DNA of 64,000 nucleotides from IMG/VR virus record IMGVR_UViG_2837229570_000001; one strand, given 5' to 3'. Position numbers and translations under genes: made by a program. The notes under the pieces were generated by a model that did not search any database, was not told the DNA's origin, and saw nothing but the letters and a program-made list of their open reading frames with translations. Positions 10,961-18,684 of the stretch are shown here, in pieces. The stretch's first letter is position 1, and the number at the start of each line of letters is the position of its first letter. This stretch comes from an uncultured virus (IMG/VR IMGVR_UViG_2837229570_000001) (lineage: Duplodnaviria; Heunggongvirae; Uroviricota; Caudoviricetes).

Positions 10961-11400
10961 AAGGTCATGCCCATCCCTTTCTGCTTGATTTCGCAATCGT
11001 CTTCCCTGATTCCCTCATTCTCCTCCGTATCGCTTTTCTGGCCGGGCATAAGGCATTCGCCCGGATAAAGCTCCATTTCGTACAGCACGCTGTTATCACC
11101 GCTTCTGCGGTCAAGAACCTTGATGGTCGTGCCCTCAAATAAATAGTTGGATGCCTTTTCGAAATCAGAGCGGAATCCCTTCCCGTAATTACAGGTCGAA
11201 TACTGATGAGTCGGCTGATCCTTGACCACGGAATAGTAAGCGTTGGTCTGAACCTCAGTCACCACCCGTACAAGCCCGACCAGGGCAGGGTGCTTGCTAT
11301 GGCTGGTTGCCACCAACTCTGTCCCGGGGCGGATACAGCGTTTCAACTCAGCCAGGTTTTTGATGCGCAGCGGCGCTTTTTGTTCGTTCTTTTGATCCAA
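10957..11400 (-). CDS. Hypothetical protein
   Basis: 147-aa ORF with AGGAGG RBS. Confidence 0.6.
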   Translation of the reverse strand: MDQKNEQKAPLRIKNLAELKRCIRPGTELVATSHSKHPALVGLVRVVTEVQTNAYYSVVKDQPTHQYSTCNYGKGFRSDFEKASNYLFEGTTIKVLDRRSGDNSVLYEMELYPGECLMPGQKSDTEENEGIREDDCEIKQKGMGMTL

Positions 11401-11431
11401 TCTTCAATCCTCCTGTCTGGTTTGAGGCAAT

Positions 11432-11469
11432 AAAAAAGCGCCGGAGTCTTATTTCTAAAACTCCGGCGC
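11432..11469 (-). terminator. Rho-independent terminator
   Basis: GCGCCGGAGT/ACTCCGGCGC stem plus T6 on the minus strand. Confidence 0.6.
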
Positions 11470-11476
11470 CTGAATA

Positions 11477-12151
11477 TTACATGATCGGTTCCTGGTTGTA
11501 GGGTTCCATGGGGTGTTGCTCCTGCTCTCTTATGCGCTCCAGAGCATCGGGAGCTGCAATGGCAATCTGCTCCTGAACGCCCCGTATGCACTTTTCCTGC
11601 TCGGCAGTCAAGTCATAACCAGCGTCTAAGGTGTCAGAGCAGCACCGGTAGATTTCGATAAGCTGCTCCTGATTGAAGATTTGCTGTTTGGAAATGAGGC
11701 CGGCGCGGATGGCGAAGTCCTGCTTGGCACCTGCATAGTTTTCCTGAAAGTAATTGCCCTGATTGAGACCTGTGCGGTCGAAGCTCCAGTCCCATGTGAC
11801 GAATTGAACGCCAAGCCGGGTGGGATGGGCAGCCAGCACGGCTCCGTTGAAGTCAGCCAGCAGGCGGTAGTCACCGGTCAGGCTCTGGGCTTGCAGGGGC
11901 GGAGCCTGTTCCAGCAGCGTCATGTACTCCCGCACGGTGCAGGCCAGATCGGTGGCTCGCTCACAGGCTCGTTCCCGTTCCGGCGTCGCTACATCCACCT
12001 GCCAGTAGCGAACGCCTCCGTCCGCTGTGATCCGGCAGAGGGGGAGACCATCCCACTCCACAGGAAGCAATTCATCCTGTTCCGGCTGCGGAGTGAATCC
12101 CTCACGGTGGAGAGCGGTGCGAAGCTCCTGAAAAAACTGTTCTCGGTTCAT
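11477..12151 (-). CDS. Hypothetical ICE protein
   Basis: 224-aa ORF with AGGAGG RBS and FVTW..G.Y..Y..AK.DFA.R.GL motif. Confidence 0.65.
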   Translation of the reverse strand: MNREQFFQELRTALHREGFTPQPEQDELLPVEWDGLPLCRITADGGVRYWQVDVATPERERACERATDLACTVREYMTLLEQAPPLQAQSLTGDYRLLADFNGAVLAAHPTRLGVQFVTWDWSFDRTGLNQGNYFQENYAGAKQDFAIRAGLISKQQIFNQEQLIEIYRCCSDTLDAGYDLTAEQEKCIRGVQEQIAIAAPDALERIREQEQHPMEPYNQEPIM

Positions 12152-12169
12152 TTACTACCTCCTGATATT

Positions 12170-12318
12170 TAGTGCCCTTTTTGAATTTGTCTGAAAGCAA
12201 AAAGGGCGCCAATCTGATGGCCCGTCGTGACCAACAAATTGACGCCTCAAATTTTGTGTATTCTATTGATAGAAAAATAGCGCCCTTTTTGAAAATTGAT
12301 GCTTCAAAAAGGGCGCTA
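12170..12318. promoter_or_regulatory. Two inverted-repeat pairs built from one 16-bp motif, upstream of the ICE operon
   Basis: TAGCGCCCTTTTTGAA (12278-12293) and its perfect complement (12303-12318). A degenerate pair lies at 12170-12185/12197-12210. Confidence 0.55.
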
Positions 12319-12491
12319 CATGGTTTCTGGTTTTGCCAACCTCCGAGAAGAGGGGGTTCGAATCCCACCAGTTAGGGGGAAACAGCGGTTGGCATCTATG
12401 GAATCATCCGTGAATTTTTGAGCTGAAAAAGCCCGGAAACGGTTGATGCCACTGGCTTTTCGCCAGTGGCATCTATACCGTTTTGATTTTA

Positions 12492-12499
12492 TGGTGGAG
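12492..12499. repeat. Left att core (TGGTGGAG)
   Basis: Identical to the tmRNA 3' terminus. The reconstituted attP has GGGTTCG..CACT / AGTG..CGAACCC dyad symmetry. Confidence 0.8.
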
Positions 12500-12597
12500 C
12501 GAGTGCAACGGTAGACGAACCCTTTAAGCCCACAGTGATAGTGTTTGCGTCCTCTATTCTCCTGTGCATCCAGAATATCAGCGCGAAATAATGTCAA

Positions 12598-12650
12598 TAA
12601 AAAACGCCCCGGCTGCCGTGCTTGATTCCACGGTGGCCGGGGCGTTCTTC
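12598..12650. terminator. Bidirectional terminator at the prophage left end
   Basis: 18-bp stem 12603-12620/12629-12646 with an A-run on the left and CTT on the right. Confidence 0.75.
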
Positions 12651-12653
12651 AAA

Positions 12654-12992
12654 TTATTCGTTTACTTCCGCAAGCTGCTCGCGGTCGAGGTTTTTCTTTC
12701 GCTTCTCGGTATCGCCCATTTCATCCATAGCCTTTTGCAACTCGCCGTTCCAGTAGCAATGCGGCTCGGCTTTTTCGTGGGCTTTGATGCCATGATGAAT
12801 CCAGAAAAGCGCCCGGCTGATATTGTGCTGCAGCTCGTCGTCCAGCTTGTACCGCCGTTCCCGGCGTTCCTGTTCCTGCTTCTTCTTTTCCTGCGCCTCT
12901 TTCAAGGCGCTTTCCACAAGGAACTTCATAACTACCGTGGCAATGCCGGTGCTTGCCAGCACGGAAGCAACGACCGTTAAGACGGTGTTCAT
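12654..12992 (-). CDS. Small membrane protein (holin-like)
   Basis: N-terminal TM helix plus charged coiled coil, located in the lysis module. Confidence 0.55.
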   Translation of the reverse strand: MNTVLTVVASVLASTGIATVVMKFLVESALKEAQEKKKQEQERRERRYKLDDELQHNISRALFWIHHGIKAHEKAEPHCYWNGELQKAMDEMGDTEKRKKNLDREQLAEVNE

Positions 12993-13083
12993 TGTTCAGT
13001 CCTCCAACACTACGGAAAATAATGCCGCAATGGGAATCAGATTGTATGCCCAAACGGCAATCCGGGCAAAGATGCCTTTGCGC

Positions 13084-13413
13084 TTACTCGCCATCTTTGC
13101 CGCCCTCCTTGTCGCTTTCGCCGTGATACGCCACCGCAAACATTTTGATAGCGTCATAAATACTCTGGCACGCGCTCTGCACCCGGCTATCATTCATAAT
13201 CATAGAGATCAGTCGGGGGAGGTATGCTTTCACCTGCGCCACGACCCATGCCATTTTCTCCGGGCCTGTCGCCAGCTCCTTGTTCAAGTACGCCTGATAG
13301 ATCATCTGCGCCGCATAGATCATGGCGTTGCCCCAAGCCGCGACGGCAGCCACCAGCAGGGCGACCAGCACCGGCATCAGCAGAGTAATAAGGGTGTTCA
13401 AAATCTGTTCCAT
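13084..13413 (-). CDS. Holin-like protein (LL-H-like)
   Basis: N-terminal TM helix, AAQ....TGPEK motif. Confidence 0.6.
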   Translation of the reverse strand: MEQILNTLITLLMPVLVALLVAAVAAWGNAMIYAAQMIYQAYLNKELATGPEKMAWVVAQVKAYLPRLISMIMNDSRVQSACQSIYDAIKMFAVAYHGESDKEGGKDGE

Positions 13414-13434
13414 AAAGTCCTCCTATTCTTTCCG

Positions 13435-13719
13435 CTATCCCGCCGCGCCGGTGTCCTCGTCTGAACTGCCGGGCGTTGGGGTTTCTGTGTTCTGTTTTTT
13501 TCTGGATTTCAGCCAGTAGACCGCCACCGTGGCGATCAACTCACTTCCCCAAAAGTGGAAGCCATACTGGAAGTAGGAATCCGGGATGGTGTCGAAGCGG
13601 AAACACCAGATCAGCAGCGGGCCGCAGGTCATAACCAGCCCGGCGACCACGCACATCAGCACGATCAAGTCCAAATCGCTGCGGCGATTTTTCTGTTTCT
13701 TCCTTTTGCGCTTCTTCAT
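13435..13719 (-). CDS. Two-TM membrane protein of the lysis module
   Basis: Basic N-terminus and two hydrophobic helices. Confidence 0.55.
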   Translation of the reverse strand: MKKRKRKKQKNRRSDLDLIVLMCVVAGLVMTCGPLLIWCFRFDTIPDSYFQYGFHFWGSELIATVAVYWLKSRKKQNTETPTPGSSDEDTGAAG

Positions 13720-13730
13720 GGCAGCCTCCG

Positions 13731-15065
13731 TTATTTCAGGTACGCGCTGCTCACCCAGCCGGTCTTACTGCCTGCAGCAACATAGAACCACTTCACGCCG
13801 TTGGTAACAGCGTAAAAGCCGTACCATATAACGCCCGTGCCCTTGCCCAGCGTGGTAATGATGCCGTACTTGTCCTTGGTCGTTCCGGCGATCTTCTCTG
13901 CGCTGGGGCCATACCGCAGATTCAGGTTTTCGGTCGTGGTGAAGCGTTTCCCGCCCTTTGCGCTGCTGTCGTGGAGGGGTGCCGCCGCCATCTTGGTAAT
14001 GGTGGCCGTCTGCACGCTGGCGGCAGAGCTGGCCGATTCTACGGTAGCGCCGTCTTTGACAGCGGGATTGTAGATAAACCCCAAGAATGTGTAGCCGCTT
14101 CCCGCTCCCCAGTTTCCGTTGCCCTTTTTGCGGGTCTTTGTCCAGAACGGGGTCTTGCTGCCGTAACCGCTTTCCGATGTCACGATCTCCGTCGCGCTGA
14201 TGATCTTCTCCACAATGGCGACATGGCCCGCGCCGTCGGAGCCATTCAGCGTCGCGCCCTTACGCCACACCATGCAAGCGCCCAGCTTCGGGGTCTGCCC
14301 GGTGGCGAGGCCCCCGGCATACTGCATGAAGTTCTCCGCGTTCACCGGGCGCAGGTATTTGCAGCACCCATACCCGCCGATCTCGTTGAACCGGCCATAG
14401 GCATAGCCTACGCAGTTGGAGAGGACATTGCAGGCGGCATCCGTCGGGCTGCCCTTGATCGCGTCGGAGTAGCCCCCGGCGCTCTTTGTGATGTAATACT
14501 TGTTCCCGGCCTCCGGCCTGCTCAATCTCGGTTTGAACGACATGGTGGGTTCCTCCTTTGGTGCCGCACCAGAGTATTTGTCGTAATACTTCTGGCCGTA
14601 GCTTGCGCGCCTGATCTTGACAGCCTCGCTCTGATCGGCAGGGCGCTCAAATTCTAAAAGCACCTTGTCGGACGCGGCGCGTACCGACTTGGCGCTTTTC
14701 AGAGTGGAGCACACGCCGGAATACCCGGCGATCTCCTTTATCAAGAAATCAAGCTGCATATCAAGGTCGCCGATGGATTTGCCCTTGCTCTTGGCGAAAT
14801 CCAGCAGGGCTTTCTTGCGGGCGGGGTATGTCCACTGGGCAAGACCATAGCCCGCGCAGTCTTTCGCAAAGTTCGCGTAGGTGCCCTTATCCACCGCCGC
14901 CGTGTATGCCGCGTCGTTCATCCCCAGCTTTTTTTCGTAGGTGTTCTGCAGGTTGGTCGGCGACAATGCGCTTTCCGCATACAGATTTCCCATCAGACCG
15001 GCAATGCCGAAATCGTTGTACCCGGCAGCTTTGAGCCGCTGCCAGATTCTTTCCTCTGTGGTCAT
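13731..15065 (-). CDS. Endolysin: tail-type lysozyme + CHAP + SH3-like domains
   Basis: GIAGLMGNLYAES..GYGLAQWT..FERP; NCVGYAYGR..GAGHVAIVE; C-terminal TGWVSSAYL. Confidence 0.85.
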   Translation of the reverse strand: MTTEERIWQRLKAAGYNDFGIAGLMGNLYAESALSPTNLQNTYEKKLGMNDAAYTAAVDKGTYANFAKDCAGYGLAQWTYPARKKALLDFAKSKGKSIGDLDMQLDFLIKEIAGYSGVCSTLKSAKSVRAASDKVLLEFERPADQSEAVKIRRASYGQKYYDKYSGAAPKEEPTMSFKPRLSRPEAGNKYYITKSAGGYSDAIKGSPTDAACNVLSNCVGYAYGRFNEIGGYGCCKYLRPVNAENFMQYAGGLATGQTPKLGACMVWRKGATLNGSDGAGHVAIVEKIISATEIVTSESGYGSKTPFWTKTRKKGNGNWGAGSGYTFLGFIYNPAVKDGATVESASSAASVQTATITKMAAAPLHDSSAKGGKRFTTTENLNLRYGPSAEKIAGTTKDKYGIITTLGKGTGVIWYGFYAVTNGVKWFYVAAGSKTGWVSSAYLK

Positions 15066-15076
15066 GCTTTCTCCTT

Positions 15077-15265
15077 TCACGGGATGTCGGGCAGCTCGTC
15101 GCAGCCGATCAATGCGCGGTATGCCTTGTCCGCCTCCGCGATCTCGTCCCTCCCGGTTTCAACATCGCCCAGCTCCGCAAGGCGCGTTGCAAGCGCAGAG
15201 ATAATCCGCGCCTGTGTTTCCGTCAGGGCTTCCAGCTCCGCAATGATCTGTAAATGGCTGCTCAT
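15077..15265 (-). CDS. Small hypothetical helical protein
   Basis: MSSHLQIIAELE..., ATGA-coupled to the XkdX-like gene. Confidence 0.55.
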   Translation of the reverse strand: MSSHLQIIAELEALTETQARIISALATRLAELGDVETGRDEIAEADKAYRALIGCDELPDIP

Positions 15266-15417
15266 TCGTAACTCTCCCCGGTGATGCGTTCGTATTCCTC
15301 CGGCGTGATGCCCTTGCCGGGCTTTGCCTCGTTCAGCTTGACCCACCCCCGCAGGGTTTCGCGGGTGATGTAGCCCAGCTTCCACTTGGTTTCCAGCATC
15401 TCATACTTTGCGCTCAC
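15262..15417 (-). CDS. XkdX-family protein (not in the ORF track)
   Basis: GTG start after GGAGG: MSAKYEMLETKWKLGYITRETLRGWV..GITPEEYERITGESYE. Confidence 0.7.
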   Translation of the reverse strand: MSAKYEMLETKWKLGYITRETLRGWVKLNEAKPGKGITPEEYERITGESYE

Positions 15418-15432
15418 GGTTCATACCTCCTT

Positions 15433-15702
15433 TCACAGCATGGCGATTGCCAGCTCGATATTGCTCAACGACTGCTGCACGCCTTGGATGGCGGGCGAGA
15501 GCATCATGTAGTATTCCTCGCGGGTATACTCCCTCTGCTCATAGACCCACTCCGTCACGGTGATGGCGGTGTCACCCTCGCCGCGTGTGGTCGTTTCCTG
15601 CCGGATGTTTTTCCGCTCATACACCGTGGTTTCGCTGCTGGTGGTGTCGATGGTGGCGGGTTCCTCCGCGCGGCTGTCGTGTACGGTCTTAAACTCGGTC
15701 AT
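15433..15702 (-). CDS. Tail-fibre chaperone-like small protein
   Basis: 89 aa, located between the RT and XkdX genes. Confidence 0.5.
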   Translation of the reverse strand: MTEFKTVHDSRAEEPATIDTTSSETTVYERKNIRQETTTRGEGDTAITVTEWVYEQREYTREEYYMMLSPAIQGVQQSLSNIELAIAML

Positions 15703-16829
15703 GTTGCACTCATTCCTTTCCGCTTTTTCTTTTCTGCCGCTGCAATCCGTCGCTTGCAGTAGTGGATAGAAACCTTTGGCTTAATGTAGGTCAGATAATA
15801 CCCATACGCATCTGCGTGTTTGAACACGCCCGCCCGGCTTACCATGCTTGCGGAATCATGCCGGGTATATCGCTTCTTCTTGTGGATGTGATTGGCTTTC
15901 GCCCGTGTCCGCTTCAAGATGGATTTCCGAATGGTCACACGGTCGCGGTGTATCACAAATCCCAGCGCATTGACAGCGCGGCCTTTAGCCCTGCGCTTCC
16001 AGCGCCGTTCTTCTTCCACCGTCATGCCCTCCGGCTTTTTCTTCTTCTCGAAGCGGTACACCTGCCAATCGTCCTTGATGCGCAGATGCAATCTTTGCTG
16101 CAGGAATAGTTCGATCTGCTGCTCCATGCGGTGCAGCTCTTTCTTGTTCCTGTGGAAGATGAAAAGATTATCCATGTAGCGCAGATAGTGGTCGGGCTTT
16201 AGAACCTGCAACACGAAATTATCAAACTCGCTCATGTAGAGGTTTGCCAGCCACGGGGACGGATAAAAGCCTTTCGGCAGTCCCGGCCCAAACGCATCAA
16301 TGATGCGGAAAAGCACTTCTTTGAAACGCTTGTCCCGAATCAGCTTGTCCAGCTTGGCCTTTAACAGCTCCGTGTCGATGCTGTCATAGAACTTCCGCAC
16401 ATCGCCCTCGAATACATAAAAGCGTTTGTCCCCGTACTCGTTCCGCCACCGGGTCATAACCTTTACCGCGCCATGCGTCCCGCGCTGCGGCAGGGAGCCA
16501 TAAGCGTATCGGTATAGCCTCGGTATGATGATAGGCCGGAGCTGCCGCACGACCATGTGATGCACGATCTGTTCATCATCAAAGCGCGGCTTCACGATCT
16601 CGCGTTCCTTTTTGTGGCTGCCCTCCTGCAGCTTTTGCCTTTCGTGATGGGGCGGATACCATTCCCCGCGCTCGATCTTCTGGCATATCCGTTCAGCCAC
16701 TTCCTCCTTGTGCTCCAAAATGTGTTGCACGGATGGTCTGTCTTTCTTGTGCTGCGCCGCTTCTTCGATGGATGCAGCCGCCTCTTGGCGTTCCATCATC
16801 ATAGCGAACAGCCCATTGAAACTTTTCAA
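15699..16829 (-). CDS. DGR reverse transcriptase
   Basis: K.REI..P, YAYGSLPQRGTH, GDVRKFYDSI, GLPKGFYPSPWLANLY and LRYMDN motifs. Likely TTG start at 16829. Adjacent to TR. Confidence 0.9.
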   Translation of the reverse strand: MKSFNGLFAMMMERQEAAASIEEAAQHKKDRPSVQHILEHKEEVAERICQKIERGEWYPPHHERQKLQEGSHKKEREIVKPRFDDEQIVHHMVVRQLRPIIIPRLYRYAYGSLPQRGTHGAVKVMTRWRNEYGDKRFYVFEGDVRKFYDSIDTELLKAKLDKLIRDKRFKEVLFRIIDAFGPGLPKGFYPSPWLANLYMSEFDNFVLQVLKPDHYLRYMDNLFIFHRNKKELHRMEQQIELFLQQRLHLRIKDDWQVYRFEKKKKPEGMTVEEERRWKRRAKGRAVNALGFVIHRDRVTIRKSILKRTRAKANHIHKKKRYTRHDSASMVSRAGVFKHADAYGYYLTYIKPKVSIHYCKRRIAAAEKKKRKGMSAT

Positions 16830-16979
16830 GAGAGTTTTCCCTTTCTTATCCCCTCCGCGACGATGGGTGCCCATGCACTTACTGGCCGCGCCTCTTGACA
16901 GGTTAATTTTCAGAACTGTGCTGCGGAAATATGTTCACATTGTTGGGATAGCGACTATCCCGTAATGAAAGGGGCAAGG

Positions 16980-17087
16980 AAAGCGACGCGCCGATGTTCC
17001 ACCTCGCATTGCCAGACACATTGTTCACATTCAGGTAGCGCCCGCATTTCGAGCCGTTGTCGCAGTTGCCGCCGACAATCGGCACGG
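16980..17087 (-). repeat. DGR template repeat (TR)
   Basis: 108-nt ungapped match to 17213-17320. All 15 mismatches are at TR adenines; AAY-rich. Confidence 0.95.
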
Positions 17088-17147
17088 CAGGGTAGGAGCT
17101 GGACAAGCACGGTTTTCGTGAACATATTCCCTTATCATTCGGTTTTT

Positions 17148-17184
17148 ATGGGCGTTCCGCCCATGCGGGGGATGGCTCCCCCGC
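17148..17184 (-). promoter_or_regulatory. DGR homing hairpins downstream of VR
   Basis: GCGGGGGA-N4-TCCCCCGC (17165-17184) abutting ATGGGCG-N3-CGCCCAT (17148-17164). Confidence 0.75.
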
Positions 17185-17192
17185 TCCCCCTA

Positions 17193-18671
17193 TTAAGAGG
17201 GATTTTGTAAGAAAAGCGACGCGCCGATGTACCACCCCGCAGCGCCAGACACAGCGCCCACAGCCAGGTAGCGCCCGCAGTTCGAGCCGTCGGCGCAGGC
17301 GCCGCCGACAATCGGCACGGACACGATGGTCGGGTTGTAATAATGGAAATCACAATCGTAGGTGGTATCGCTGCCGGTCAGGTCGGTAGGGAACAAGCCC
17401 TGCTCCGTCTGCTGGGCGTTTTTCACCCAGCCGCCGCCCGTCGCCGTGGCGTTGATGCCCTTACGGATAGCTTCGTACCCTGCGCCGGTCAGGTTGTAGC
17501 CGCCGTCCTCCGGGGTCATTTTCGCCTTGTAGGTGCCGTTGTCATAGATCAGGCCCACGATTCTGTCCCAGCGGTCGCCCCAGAAGTTTTCCATGTGGAA
17601 TACCTTGACGCTGTGCGTGGTATCAGAATAGCCGAAGAACTGCCCGCTGGTATTCAGCGCGCCGGTGGTCAGCAGGTCAGCAGCGGAGCTGCCGCCGGTG
17701 GTATGCCCCTGCCCGAAAACAGCCTGAATGTTGGTGCTTTTGCCCAGCAGCACCAGCAGATCGTGAATGAGGTTCCAGAACGCCCATGTTTCGATTGTCC
17801 ATGCCGAGCCGTTGGCCTGCGCCGCCGTCACTTCCTGCGTGGCGTTCAGGCTGTTCACGGGAGCCTGCCCCGAAAGGGAGCGCAGCTTCGTGTCGATCTT
17901 GCTGCCCTCGAACATCGCGCCGTAGGCAAACGGCGTAATGCTGCCGTCCGGGCGGGTGTGGGCGTAAGCATGGTAGCTCTCGTCATACTGGCTCTCGCAG
18001 AAGATCACATAGCGATAGCCGTTCTCATGGTATCGCTTCACCCATACCAGCGGGATAGCCGACATGGCGTTACCAGCAAACGCGGTGTTTGCAACATCAC
18101 TGTCCGCACCCGTGACCGCCCGTTTGGCGTAATTGTTCGGGTCAAGCTGATATGCCACGCTGCCGTCGTTGTTGACCATGCAGGGGAAGTTGTCGCGCAC
18201 GACCCAGAAATCCGCCCAGCTTCCATAGCTGAACGCGCCGGTGGAAAAATTCATCCCCGCCGGGGTCATGCCCACCGCGTCGAAAAGATATTCCACGCGG
18301 GAACTCGGATTGCTCTCGCTCTCTTTCACGCGGTAGCCGTACCGCTTCGGGCGCTGGCCGCGCAGCTCGGAGAGGATGGTATCGGCCTTGCTGCTGATGT
18401 TGTTCGCCGTGTTCTGCACATTGTCCACCTTTCCGCTGGTGGTCTCCACGGTGGTTTTCACGCTTGCGACTTTGGTATCGGTGCCCTCCACGGTGGTTTT
18501 CACGCTGGCGACCTTGTTGCCGGTGTCCTCCACTGTGGTTTTCACGCTGCCGACTTTCGCGCCGGTGTCCTCCACGGTGGTTTTCACGCTTACAACTTTG
18601 GCGTTGGTGTTCTCCACGGTGGATTTCACGCTATCCAGCGTTGCCTTATCTGCGACATAGGTTTTGCTCAT
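17193..18671 (-). CDS. DGR target: tail-fibre/receptor-binding protein with a C-type-lectin (Mtd-like) C-terminus
   Basis: Follows the tail-fibre collar gene; MENFWGDRW motif; ends in the VR. Confidence 0.85.
   Translation of the reverse strand: MSKTYVADKATLDSVKSTVENTNAKVVSVKTTVEDTGAKVGSVKTTVEDTGNKVASVKTTVEGTDTKVASVKTTVETTSGKVDNVQNTANNISSKADTILSELRGQRPKRYGYRVKESESNPSSRVEYLFDAVGMTPAGMNFSTGAFSYGSWADFWVVRDNFPCMVNNDGSVAYQLDPNNYAKRAVTGADSDVANTAFAGNAMSAIPLVWVKRYHENGYRYVIFCESQYDESYHAYAHTRPDGSITPFAYGAMFEGSKIDTKLRSLSGQAPVNSLNATQEVTAAQANGSAWTIETWAFWNLIHDLLVLLGKSTNIQAVFGQGHTTGGSSAADLLTTGALNTSGQFFGYSDTTHSVKVFHMENFWGDRWDRIVGLIYDNGTYKAKMTPEDGGYNLTGAGYEAIRKGINATATGGGWVKNAQQTEQGLFPTDLTGSDTTYDCDFHYYNPTIVSVPIVGGACADGSNCGRYLAVGAVSGAAGWYIGASLFLQNPS
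17213..17320 (-). repeat. DGR variable repeat (VR) at the 3' end of the target gene
   Basis: Encodes VPIVGGACADGSNCGRYLAVGAVSGAAGWYIGASL, versus TR VPIVGGNCDNGSKCGRYLNVNNVSGNARWNIGASL. Confidence 0.95.
18423..18632 (-). repeat. Five 42-bp (14-aa) tandem repeats, SVKTTVExTxxKVx
   Basis: CTCCAC recurs at 18444, 18486, 18528, 18570 and 18612. Confidence 0.85.
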
Positions 18672-18684
18672 GGTGCTTTCCTCC

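Larger units (their letters stand above)
1..12490 (-). mobile_element. End of an ICE-like conjugative element (leading/antirestriction gene block), truncated by the window start
   Basis: Co-oriented SpoVG, DUF3849-like, Dam-type MTase, ArdA-like x4 and DUF4314-like genes, a set typical of Clostridia ICEs. No integrase or T4SS genes in the window. Confidence 0.7.

Noticed and set aside
12345..12372. GGGGGTTCGAATCCCACCA resembling a tRNA T-arm and CCA end
   Set aside because: No acceptor, D or anticodon arms can be built; at most a scar
15699..16829. RT as a group II intron, retron or Abi RT
   Set aside because: The adjacent TR/VR pair with adenine-only differences identifies a DGR; no intron domain V was seen
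16903..17106. 67-aa ORF resembling the target C-terminus
   Set aside because: It is the TR read in frame, with no RBS; not a separate gene
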